NCBI GenBank assembly: GCA_047600605.1
Contig: JASGKK010000002.1
Coordinates: forward strand, 1,075,509-1,139,508
Direction of reading: 5' to 3'
DNA from: Chitinophagaceae bacterium
GTDB taxonomy: Bacteria > Bacteroidota > Bacteroidia > Chitinophagales > Chitinophagaceae
DNA: 64,000 nucleotides
This document shows positions 28,617 to 37,071 of the stretch, one piece after another. The notes beneath the pieces are model-generated. The model was not told the origin of the DNA, made no database searches, and was given only the letters and a program-made list of their open reading frames with translations. Position 1 is the first letter of the stretch, and the number at the start of each line of letters is the position of its first letter. The position numbers and the translations under genes were made by a program.

Positions 28617-29533
28617 CCCAACGATTTTATCCAGAAGCTGAATGGCGGCGGTCCGAAGATCGGTACCAATATGGTGCTGAAAGTAATGGCAGGTGACAAG
28701 GTAAACCTGTTTGCCAAAAGCTGGTACAAGAAAAATGGGGTCACACCTGGCACACCTACCAATCCGCTTACCAGTATCCTGAATGTGCTGGAACCGGCCA
28801 TCGGAGGTATTACAGCTTTACATGGCGGAGCTACCTTAACAGAGCTACAGACTACCAGTGTACTCGACAACCAGGTGACCAGTTTCCTGAACAGCCAGAG
28901 TGGCTATACCACCAGCAAACCCAAGGCTTTTGTGAATTGGATACTGTTCGACGAACAGTTTAAATACGTAGCCGCCAGCAGTGGTTTTGAGCAGGTTGGG
29001 GCCGATAACACATTGACCACCCATACCCCGGCCGCTATTAATATTTCAAAAGGAGGTTATTTGTATATTTATGCGTGCCCCGCTGCCAGCGGTGGTGAGC
29101 AATGAGACTGCCAATGTAGACGTGTTCTTTGATAACCTGCAGAGCTTGCCCGAACTTGCTTCAGGGTGACGTATATCCGTGGACGGGTCCTGGAGGAGAC
29201 GGAACTTGCCCCGCCAGCGGCGGGGTTATTATCCTTTTGGGGTGACGATGGCGGGAATAAGCAGTAGGGCATTGACACTCGGTTCTCAAAAGAATAGGTA
29301 TAGATACAATGGCAAGGAGTAAGAAAGGCAGGAGTTTGCAAATGGTTCAGGGTTGGAATGGCTGGATTATGGAGCGAGAGTGTACGATGCTCAAATTGGA
29401 AGATGGAACAGCATTGATATTTTGTCTGAAAGTATGACCCGCTTTTCCCCATATATTTTTTGCTTTTGACAATCCTATAAATTATATAGATCCCGATGGT
29501 ATGAAGCCAGTATGGAATGGAACTGATATGTAG
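28617..29533 (+). pseudogene. orphan rhs cassette 3: heavily degraded core with hairpin insertions, internal stops and almost no toxin tail
   Basis: Homology begins at the equivalent of main-gene ~18068 ([32 protein letters not shown]...). There is a stop after ...YRYNGKE and several frameshifts. The core end reads ..[13 protein letters not shown], followed only by KPVWNGTDM*. Confidence 0.8.
29074..29225 (+). repeat. three hairpin insertions in the rhs core of orphan 3, at the same positions as in orphan 1
   Basis: H1 29074-29095 CGTGCCCCGCTGCCAGCGGTGG (22 nt). H2 29143-29165 AGCTTGCCCGAACTTGCTTCAGG (23 nt). H3 ~29202-29225 GAACTTGCCCCGCCAGCGGCGGGG. Confidence 0.85.
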
Positions 29534-29667
29534 GCGATGTTCAGAGGTATTATTAATTTAGAAATTATGCAGAAGATAAGAATTACGTTATTATGAATTT
29601 GGAATATGGAGAGGAATGTGCCGAAATTAAACTTGATAATTGAGAGTAAATAAAACCTGTAATAAGC

Positions 29668-30063
29668 ATGTATATAGGATCCCTTGTAGAAACTCTTATT
29701 TCTAAGATTGTACTCGAACAGGGTGATTTAGAGGACAGTGAATTAATTTTATTTCTCATAAATAATGATAATTCAAAGGAGGCAAGTATTTATGTAACAC
29801 TATTTACTCCTATTGTTTTAGGAAGAATCATTTGCGAACCCTTAAATGTGGAATTTGTTAATGTTTACCATGAACAGTTAGAAGATGGAACGGAAAGAAA
29901 AGGCTTTTTGACAGAAAATTCTTTCTATACAGAAATCTACAAGATTGTAAAAACACTGATAAAAAATGGTTTCATTGATGAAGACAGTGTTTTTAAAATT
30001 GCTTTACGGAGCCCTGAGTTTAGACTTTTAAATGATTTCATATTGAAAGGTAATAATGTGTAA
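29668..30063 (+). CDS. hypothetical protein (possible orphan immunity gene, perhaps 5'-degraded)
   Basis: 131-aa AT-rich ORF downstream of degraded cassette 3. No motif recognised. Confidence 0.5.
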   Translation: MYIGSLVETLISKIVLEQGDLEDSELILFLINNDNSKEASIYVTLFTPIVLGRIICEPLNVEFVNVYHEQLEDGTERKGFLTENSFYTEIYKIVKTLIKNGFIDEDSVFKIALRSPEFRLLNDFILKGNNV

Positions 30064-30071
30064 TAGTCAGT

Positions 30072-31252
30072 ACTTGATCTGACAGTTGAGGATTAATTTT
30101 TTAATTTTCAAAAGGGATGCCGATTAAATTAGTTAGGCTGCTGAACTTACCTGGTTCAGCAGTTTTTGTTTAGCTAAGGTAATAGATTCAGTAAAGGTAA
30201 GCATGGGGGTTTTGCCAAAGCAGTATCTGCCACTGTGTGGTCTTTCGTTGTTGTAGAACTCCAGCCACTGATCCAGGTCGTGTTGGAGCGTTTCCAGATT
30301 CTGGTATAATTTTTTACGGAATGTGATGGCATAGAACTCCTCCTGCATCGTTCGATGCAGGCGTTCGCAGATACCGTTGCTTTGGGGATGACGAACTTTT
30401 GTCTTGCTATGATCGACTCCTTCGATCTGTAGGTACAGAGCGTACTCATGGCTTTCAGGTCTTCCATTAAACTCGGTACCGCGGTCGGTGAGTATCCGCA
30501 GCAGGGGTATTTGTTGCTGTTCAAAGAAGGGAAGAACCTTGTCATTGAGTATATCTGCCGCTGTAATAGCATGCCTGCTGGTATACAGTTTTGCAAAAGC
30601 TACACGGCTGTAAGTATCAATGAAAGTCTGCTGATAAATACGGCCAACCCCCTTGATTGTTCCAACGTAGTAGGTATCCTGTGAACCCAGGTAACCTGGA
30701 TGCTCCGTTTCTATTTCGCCATGGGCCTCCAGTTTCTCCCTTTTACGCTCCAGGGCTATCAACTGAGCTTCTGTAAGGATCAGCCCAGCCTGAGCAACAC
30801 GGACTTCCAGGGCCTTTAACCGCTTTTCGAAGACTTCCAGGTCATGGCGCTGCCACACACAACGGACCCCTGCAGCGGAGATAAAAATGCCCTGTTTGCG
30901 TAATTCATTGCTGATCCGGAACTGACCATAGGCCGGATAGTCAAAGGCCATCTTCACAACAGCTTCTTCCACAGCCGGATTGACCCGGTTCTTCGGTACA
31001 GGTTTGCGGCGGCTGATCTCCCGCAGCGCCTCTTCTCCACCGGTATCATATAACTGTTTGATGCGGTAAAAACTGTCCCGGCTGGTGCCCATTAACTTAC
31101 AGGCACGGGTGACGTTGTTCAATTGTTCAGCCAGGTTGAGCAGGCCAATGCGGGATTTGATTAACTTAGTTTCAGAGTTCATGATCTGACTTTTGGGGGT
31201 TATTAATTTAGTTTGTCGTTACTCTAAATTAACCCCAACTGTCAGATCAAGT
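30072..31252 (-). mobile_element. IS481-family insertion sequence
   Basis: 17-bp perfect terminal inverted repeat ACTTGATCTGACAGTTG (30072-30088 versus the reverse complement of 31236-31252), extending imperfectly to ~26 bp. A single transposase ORF lies inside. I saw no clear target-site duplication. Confidence 0.85.
30133..31182 (-). CDS. IS481-family transposase (HTH + DDE/rve integrase core)
   Basis: 349 aa. ...[23 protein letters not shown]... HTH, then DTYYVG...FIDTYSRV...[10 protein letters not shown]...[19 protein letters not shown]. Confidence 0.9.
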   Translation of the reverse strand: MNSETKLIKSRIGLLNLAEQLNNVTRACKLMGTSRDSFYRIKQLYDTGGEEALREISRRKPVPKNRVNPAVEEAVVKMAFDYPAYGQFRISNELRKQGIFISAAGVRCVWQRHDLEVFEKRLKALEVRVAQAGLILTEAQLIALERKREKLEAHGEIETEHPGYLGSQDTYYVGTIKGVGRIYQQTFIDTYSRVAFAKLYTSRHAITAADILNDKVLPFFEQQQIPLLRILTDRGTEFNGRPESHEYALYLQIEGVDHSKTKVRHPQSNGICERLHRTMQEEFYAITFRKKLYQNLETLQHDLDQWLEFYNNERPHSGRYCFGKTPMLTFTESITLAKQKLLNQVSSAA

Positions 31253-31506
31253 CTTAACTTCTACAAATAATGCCAGTGATATTAAGTTTTCACCATTACA
31301 TTTAAACAGGTAGACTCGTTCCTTTTCGTCATTGCAGGTATTTAAGGTAATAATTAGTAGTAGCCCTGACAGTTGATGGTTTTTATTTTACTGCTCAAAA
31401 TGGTTAGGGTTAAACAGCCGGGCTACTATTGAAAAGCTTCCCCTGGTTAAATCTAATAATTGTTTACTGCTTTCAATCGCTACGATTTAAGGGGAAACTT
31501 TTTAGA

Positions 31507-31545
31507 AATGAAACACCCAACGTAGATATATTCTTTGACAACGTT
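31507..31545 (+). pseudogene. 39-nt rhs core relic
   Basis: AATGAAACACCCAACGTAGATATATTCTTTGACAACGTT encodes NETPNVDIFFDNV. This matches the core segment [13 protein letters not shown] of the main gene (from 18531). Confidence 0.7.
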
Positions 31546-31574
31546 ACTATATAATTAAGCTACATATTGTCGGC

Positions 31575-32204
31575 TTATAAGCCTAGGTTTCCCTTACCAT
31601 TGTTTTCCTGTAGACTGAGTAGCGTATTGATGTCTTCCAGATCAATACTTTTTCTGCTGCTCAAATAATTGATGATTCCTGTTTGTATAGCCACTTCTCT
31701 TTGCATGAGGGGATGAGAGTCTATTTTTGTTTGAAAGTCTTTGTCAGCATTAAAATCGAGAGATTCCAGCTCTTGAATGTACATATCAACGGAATCTGTA
31801 GCAACAGTTGAAATGTCTTTTAATCTTGATTCTTGTTTGTCGATCAGGAAATCCAGCGTTTCTGCAATTGAAGTGCAGGCATCAAGTGCTGAGGAGACCA
31901 AAATGGTGTCAAAGTCTTCAGTATCGGGCGTGTTTTTTTCTACTGTAAGCAGAAATTTTTTAGCCAAGGGTTTATCAATACCCTCATTCAGTATGCAACC
32001 CAACACAAAATCTATGGCAGTTCGTAAGACGGAGCTATCGCCAAATTGGAAATTAGCGGAAAAATAAACATAGTTTGGATAAAGTCGTTCACAGGTAAGG
32101 TAGGCAAAAATCAACTGTTTTTTAAACTCTAAACTGTTGAGGCTGTTGATGTCAAGAGGTGTCATTCGTTGATAATTATATGTAGGAATTGTTTGAGTCT
32201 CCAA
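31575..32204 (-). CDS. DUF416 (YjaG-like) family protein
   Basis: ...QLIFAYLTCERLYPNYVYFSANFQFGDSSVLRTAIDFVL... parallels E. coli YjaG ...FMACLCERMYPNYAMFCQQTGFGDGQIYRRILDLIW..., and the length is similar. Confidence 0.7.
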   Translation of the reverse strand: METQTIPTYNYQRMTPLDINSLNSLEFKKQLIFAYLTCERLYPNYVYFSANFQFGDSSVLRTAIDFVLGCILNEGIDKPLAKKFLLTVEKNTPDTEDFDTILVSSALDACTSIAETLDFLIDKQESRLKDISTVATDSVDMYIQELESLDFNADKDFQTKIDSHPLMQREVAIQTGIINYLSSRKSIDLEDINTLLSLQENNGKGNLGL

Positions 32205-32297
32205 ATCCTATCAGGTTTTTTCAAAATAAAGGATAAGTTAGGCTTTTATTTCACGGAAGAGCCGATCAACTCAAAAGAAATTAACCACTATAAAACA

Positions 32298-32591
32298 ATG
32301 GATAACTTTCCGGTTTTACAGGACAATCAGGTTGCATTGCTGCATGCACAACATTCAACAGGAATTGTGTTGAACGTGGATTTGCAACGTGCTGACTTTA
32401 GCGCTGCTCCAGAAATCTACCTGATTTTTGACGATGTAGATAAAGCCCGGGAGCACATCGGCCAGAAGATAAATCTGGTCAGCGACACTGAATTTGTAGT
32501 TTATGATAAAGATCAGGAAGTGGTTTTGTATGTGGCTCCTCCGGGATCTTATTATTCCGAAAATCCTCCCCCATTTGTAAAGCGAACTTGA
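32298..32591 (+). CDS. hypothetical 97-aa protein
   Basis: An ATG at 32298 inside the 140-aa track ORF begins MDNFPVLQDNQVALLHAQ.... No motif recognised. Confidence 0.45.
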   Translation: MDNFPVLQDNQVALLHAQHSTGIVLNVDLQRADFSAAPEIYLIFDDVDKAREHIGQKINLVSDTEFVVYDKDQEVVLYVAPPGSYYSENPPPFVKRT

Positions 32592-32792
32592 GGGAAATAA
32601 ATCAGGGATCAATGGCGCTATCGGAATTTTTCCAACCATTCAGCGGGGTTGCCTTTTAATCAGGAACTCTTTTTCAGTAATGCAACTCCTGAGGTGGAGA
32701 TGTCGCTATTCGCCCTATACTTTGTCGTATTTGCACAACCTTAAGTCTGTTTTTGTTGCCGAGATTTGTTGTACAACAAAACGATCCTTCAT

Positions 32793-33728
32793 ATGAACAG
32801 GCATTTTCTAACCGGTCTTTCTCTTTTAATCGTATTGCTGATGGCATCCTGCCAGCAAAGCCCGAAGGAAGGAGAAAAAGATTCGGCAACGACAAAAGAC
32901 ACGGATACGACCCGGCCGGTAAAACCGGCAGAGAGCGGCTATGCCGATGTAAATGGCCTAAAAATGTACTACGAAGTCTATGGTGCCGGTAAGCCCATTG
33001 TGCTGATCCATGGTTCTTTTATGAACATTCCCATGAACTGGGCGCATATCATACCTCTGCTGGCCAAAGACCGCAAAGTGGTGGTAGCCGAAATGCAGGG
33101 CCATGGCCGTACCAAAGATATACCCCGCGCATTCAGTTACGAAGGCATGGCCGATGACGTATCCGGTCTGCTTAAGCAACTTAAAATAGACAGTGCCGAC
33201 ATCCTCGGGTATAGTATGGGCGGCAGCGTTGCTTTTCAGATGGCTATACGTCATCCGGAACAGGTACGCCGGCTTATCGTCTTATCTGGGACCTATGCGC
33301 ATAATGGCTGGTGGCCCGATGTGGAAGCGAGTTTTGCTACGTTTACCGGTGATATGTTTAAAGGAACACCGATACAAAAACAATACGACAGCCTGGGCAA
33401 TGATCCGGCACGCTTTAACGACTATGTCAAAAAGGTATTGAGTCCTGACCTGAGGCCCTATGACTGGACAAAAGAAGTAAAGCAAATAAAAGCCCCGTTA
33501 TTTATGGCGATTGGCGATGCCGACGGAGTACGATATGAACATGTCCTGGAACTGTTTCGGGCCAAAGGAGGCGGAAAGATGGGCGATATACATGGACTGC
33601 CCCAATCAAGGCTGGCCATTCTTCCCGGTACCACACATATCGGTATGATGCTGCATGCTGACTGGCTGATACCCATGGTGACCGATTTTCTGGACTCAGA
33701 CCTGAGTGCGACGCCCCCGGCATTTTGA
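32793..33728 (+). CDS. alpha/beta hydrolase lipoprotein
   Basis: MNRHFLTGLSLLIVLLMASCQQ lipobox, HGSFMN, and the nucleophile elbow GYSMGGSVA. Confidence 0.85.
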   Translation: MNRHFLTGLSLLIVLLMASCQQSPKEGEKDSATTKDTDTTRPVKPAESGYADVNGLKMYYEVYGAGKPIVLIHGSFMNIPMNWAHIIPLLAKDRKVVVAEMQGHGRTKDIPRAFSYEGMADDVSGLLKQLKIDSADILGYSMGGSVAFQMAIRHPEQVRRLIVLSGTYAHNGWWPDVEASFATFTGDMFKGTPIQKQYDSLGNDPARFNDYVKKVLSPDLRPYDWTKEVKQIKAPLFMAIGDADGVRYEHVLELFRAKGGGKMGDIHGLPQSRLAILPGTTHIGMMLHADWLIPMVTDFLDSDLSATPPAF

Positions 33729-33745
33729 GGCAAAGGGAAAAGGGA

Positions 33746-33956
33746 AAGGTGAAAGGCAAAAGGTATAAAGGTTTAAGGAGTATAAAGGGTATAAAAAGTT
33801 TAAAGGGTGCTGGTTGTCCGGTCTGTGAGGATAAATATGAGATAAAGGAGGCTTGTAGTAGTAAACAGGCCCTAACCATGGGACTTGACGGGACAGAACC
33901 CGGAGGTTTTTTGCATAAACAGATAGAAATATCCTATTCCTTCTGCCTTTCACCTT
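33746..33956. repeat. micro-tandem array R4 bounded by 18-bp imperfect inverted repeats (MITE-like)
   Basis: AAGGTGAAAGGCAAAAGG (33746-33763) matches the reverse complement of 33939-33956 (AAGGTGAAAGGCAGAAGG) at 17 of 18 positions. Inside is the nonamer array GTATAAAGG TTTAAGGA GTATAAAGG GTATAAAAA GTTTAAAGG. Confidence 0.75.
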
Positions 33957-33993
33957 CTATCTTATTATTTAAATTCGTTATCAAATCAACCAG

Positions 33994-34473
33994 ATGGCAA
34001 ACTCAACCAAACGTCCTTCGCCTTACGGCCCGCGTAAGTTTGTGAGCATTGACGATTATCATTCTTCTTTCGATGGAGAAGTAAGAAAAATACTCGATCA
34101 GATGCGGGCCGCTATCCGGCAGGCAGCTCCTAAAGCCAGCGAAGTGATCAGCTATAATATGCCGGCGTTTAAAGGAAATAAAAACCTGGTGTATTATGCG
34201 GCTAATAAAGAACACCTGGGCTTTTATCCGACTCCATTGCCGGAAGAGTTGTTTGCCAAAGACCTGCAGGGATACCAGCGTTCCAAAGGCGCTATCCAGT
34301 TTCCCTATAACAAATCCTTTCCGGCAGCGCTGGTAAAAAAGATTGTCAGCTACCGCGTAAAGGTTGATGCGGAGGCAGTAAATGTGAAGCCGGTTAAAGC
34401 CGCATCCAAAACAGCGAAGAAAACTGTGGCAACCAAAAAGAAAACAGCTGTTAAATCAAAGAGCCGTAAATAA
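33994..34473 (+). CDS. DUF1801 (YdhG-like) domain protein with a Lys-rich tail
   Basis: ...ISYNMPAFKGNKNLVYYAANKEHLGFYP...GAIQFPYNKSFPAALVKKIV... is typical DUF1801. Confidence 0.75.
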   Translation: MANSTKRPSPYGPRKFVSIDDYHSSFDGEVRKILDQMRAAIRQAAPKASEVISYNMPAFKGNKNLVYYAANKEHLGFYPTPLPEELFAKDLQGYQRSKGAIQFPYNKSFPAALVKKIVSYRVKVDAEAVNVKPVKAASKTAKKTVATKKKTAVKSKSRK

Positions 34474-34494
34474 CCAGTTCAGCCGGTATTTCAT

Positions 34495-34580
34495 TGTAGC
34501 GGCGCGATGCATTGGCAACCTTTTTCGTACAATTTGACGCTGCCGTTTTCTGTAGCACCGCAATGCATCGCGGCGCTACA
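34495..34580. repeat. 20-bp inverted repeat (1 mismatch) with a 46-nt spacer
   Basis: TGTAGCGGCGCGATGCATTG (34495-34514) versus CAATGCATCGCGGCGCTACA (34561-34580). It shares the CGCGATGCAT word with the palindrome at 8111. Confidence 0.75.
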
Positions 34581-34607
34581 AAAGCATTTTTTGAGGTATA
34601 TAAAAAA

Positions 34608-34634
34608 GAAGGTCCGCAATATTTGCGGACCTTC
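34608..34634. terminator. bidirectional intrinsic terminator between convergent genes
   Basis: GAAGGTCCGCAA-TAT-TTGCGGACCTTC, preceded by AAAAAA and followed by TGCCTTTTT. Confidence 0.75.
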
Positions 34635-34664
34635 TGCCTTTTTCCTTACACCTCCAACCTTTTA

Positions 34665-37046
34665 TCAGAATCCTTTTTTCTCAGCCGCTTTCTGCATCGG
34701 GTTGATGCCTTGCGGTTGCTGTACATTTTGTTTTTGTTTAAACAACTGGAATTTGCTGGGGGCAGCAATAGTATTCCAGCTATTGTTTGTCTCATCGACA
34801 TCAGCTGTTTCACGCATGGGATCCAGTTTAATAGAGGCCACTTCCTTATCCTTCATGAAGGTTTTGATCACCTTGCCTTCATTGGCACGCCATACCTGTA
34901 CAGGGATGCGCTCAATTTCCTTGCTGCCATCCTTGTAGGTCCATTCGATGATGATGGGCATCACGAGACCGCCTTTATTGCTGAAAGTAAGTTCATAGAA
35001 ATGTTTGTTGCCGTATTTCTGTTTGCCGGCATCATCCATGCTTTCCACTTGTGATTTGAATTCTACGGCATATTTGGCGGTATCATGTTTTTCGATGCCG
35101 CGGTCATAACGCCAGTAGAAATCGCGCAGCGAGGTATCGCGGTCTGTTTCGAACACGATATTCTTATCGGTCTTGTTGCGGATCTTCGACAGGTCCTCAA
35201 AATCATTCACCATGGGTTTGGGCAGACCACGCATCACCACAGTATCGTTGCGCATGGGAGGAATAGCGGTCACATCCGGTTTGGCATATTTTACGGTGTC
35301 GAGTGAAATATCAACCGCATCGGTGCCAAAGAACCAGCCTCTCCAGAACCAGTCGAGGTCCTCGCCGGTGGCATCTTCGATTGTGCGGAAGAAATCGGCC
35401 GGTGTGGGCGATTTGAAAGCCCAGCGGCGTGCATATTCCTTAAAGGCATAATCAAACAGCTCGCGTCCCACGATGGTCTCACGGAGTATGTTAAGTGCGG
35501 TAGCCGGTTTGTCGTATGCGTTTGCACCGAAGTTGTTGATGTTTTCTGAATTGGTCATGATTGGCTCCAGCTGATCTTTGGGAAGCTTCATGTAGTTGGT
35601 GATGGTCCAGGGAGCACCTTCGCTGGAAGGGAAGGTATTATCCCACAACTCCTGGGTCAGGTACTGCAGGTAAGAGTTGAGGCCCTCATCCATCCAGCTC
35701 CACTGACGCTCATCGCTGTTGACGATCATCGGGAAGAAGTTGTGACCTACTTCATGAATGATCACATAGATAGCGGCATTGCGTGAGCTTTCGGTATAGC
35801 TGCCATCTTTCTGTGCACGACCGGGGTTGAAGCAGATCATGGGATATTCCATACCCTGGTTGCCTTCTACCGATTGAGCTACGGGATAAGGGTAGGGGAT
35901 AGAAAATTTAGAATAGGTTTTGATCGTATGTGCCACGGCTTTGGTAGAGTAGCGACGATAGATAGGATACGCTTCTTTACCATAAAAACTCATAGCCATT
36001 ACTTTTTTGCCTTCTACAGTCACCGGCAAGGCATCCCATACAAAACGGCGGCTGCTGGTCCAGGCAAAGTCGCGTACATTATCGGCTTTATAGATCCAGG
36101 TTTTTTTAGCTGTACTTTTTTTGGCAGCAGCTTTTTCAGCCTCATCCAGTGTTACGATCTCAACAGGCTCTTTGCTGGTCTGTGCTTTCTGCCAGCGGGA
36201 AGCCTGGGTAGGATTGAGATTCTGTGTATAGTTGAGACACTCACCGGTAGAACCAACCACGTGGTCGGCCGGTACGGTCATCTGTACTTTGAAATTGCCA
36301 AAGCTGAGTGCAAACTCACCACGACCGGTGAACTGATGATTCTGCCAGCCCTGGTCATCACTGTATTTACAGAGGCGGGGATACCATTGCGTCATGGTAT
36401 AGGCATTGTTGCCATCATCAAAACTTTCGTAACCGCCGCGTGCACCACCATAACGCTGGAAGTCGCCGCGATTGGCCAGCTTGTAGCTCCAGTCGATCTT
36501 GAAGACAAACTTCTGACCGGGCTTGAGCGGAGCGGGTAGCTCGATGCGCATCATGGTTTTGTTGAGCAGGCTTTTTAATGGTTTGCCGGTGGCATCTACC
36601 AGTTTTGCTATCTGGAAGCCATAACCATTGTCTGATTTCTTTTCTTCCAGCACATCCAGCATTTTATCGGTTGCCTGGCGGGGCATGCTATTGCCCGACT
36701 GGTAGTTGGCATTGTTTACCGTGCTGTGCTGGTTTTCGTCGAGCTGCAGCCAGAGATACGTAAGCACATCGGGTGAATTGTTGAAATAGGTGATGGTTTC
36801 GGAGCCCGTCAGCTTATTGTTGGGCTCGTCCAGTTCACACTTGATGTCGTAGTCGATCCGCTGCTGCCAGTACTTGGGACCGGGGGCGCCGCTGGCGGTA
36901 CGGTATTCATTAGGCGTAGGCAAAATAGTGCCCAGCTGCTCAAATTTGTTACCATGGTTGCTGCCAGGGTTGTTTTGGATGTTTTGCGCCTGACTGCTAA
37001 AGAACAGGCCAGTGAGCGCAATAAAAAAAGGAAGTACCTTTTTCAT
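34665..37046 (-). CDS. M1 family zinc metallopeptidase (aminopeptidase N-like), secreted
   Basis: HEVGHNFF...WMDEGLNSY (HExxH + E). Signal peptide MKKVLPFFIALTGLFFSSQAQ from the ATG at 37044-37046; the track ORF extends 14 codons further upstream. Confidence 0.9.
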   Translation of the reverse strand: MKKVLPFFIALTGLFFSSQAQNIQNNPGSNHGNKFEQLGTILPTPNEYRTASGAPGPKYWQQRIDYDIKCELDEPNNKLTGSETITYFNNSPDVLTYLWLQLDENQHSTVNNANYQSGNSMPRQATDKMLDVLEEKKSDNGYGFQIAKLVDATGKPLKSLLNKTMMRIELPAPLKPGQKFVFKIDWSYKLANRGDFQRYGGARGGYESFDDGNNAYTMTQWYPRLCKYSDDQGWQNHQFTGRGEFALSFGNFKVQMTVPADHVVGSTGECLNYTQNLNPTQASRWQKAQTSKEPVEIVTLDEAEKAAAKKSTAKKTWIYKADNVRDFAWTSSRRFVWDALPVTVEGKKVMAMSFYGKEAYPIYRRYSTKAVAHTIKTYSKFSIPYPYPVAQSVEGNQGMEYPMICFNPGRAQKDGSYTESSRNAAIYVIIHEVGHNFFPMIVNSDERQWSWMDEGLNSYLQYLTQELWDNTFPSSEGAPWTITNYMKLPKDQLEPIMTNSENINNFGANAYDKPATALNILRETIVGRELFDYAFKEYARRWAFKSPTPADFFRTIEDATGEDLDWFWRGWFFGTDAVDISLDTVKYAKPDVTAIPPMRNDTVVMRGLPKPMVNDFEDLSKIRNKTDKNIVFETDRDTSLRDFYWRYDRGIEKHDTAKYAVEFKSQVESMDDAGKQKYGNKHFYELTFSNKGGLVMPIIIEWTYKDGSKEIERIPVQVWRANEGKVIKTFMKDKEVASIKLDPMRETADVDETNNSWNTIAAPSKFQLFKQKQNVQQPQGINPMQKAAEKKGF

Positions 37047-37071
37047 GTTGATTGTTTTTATATCAGGAGTG

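Noticed and set aside
30066-31258. Target-site duplication for the IS481 element
   Set aside because: The flanking hexamers differ (GTCAGT versus CTTAAC), and no 4-15-bp direct repeat was found within a few nucleotides of either end.
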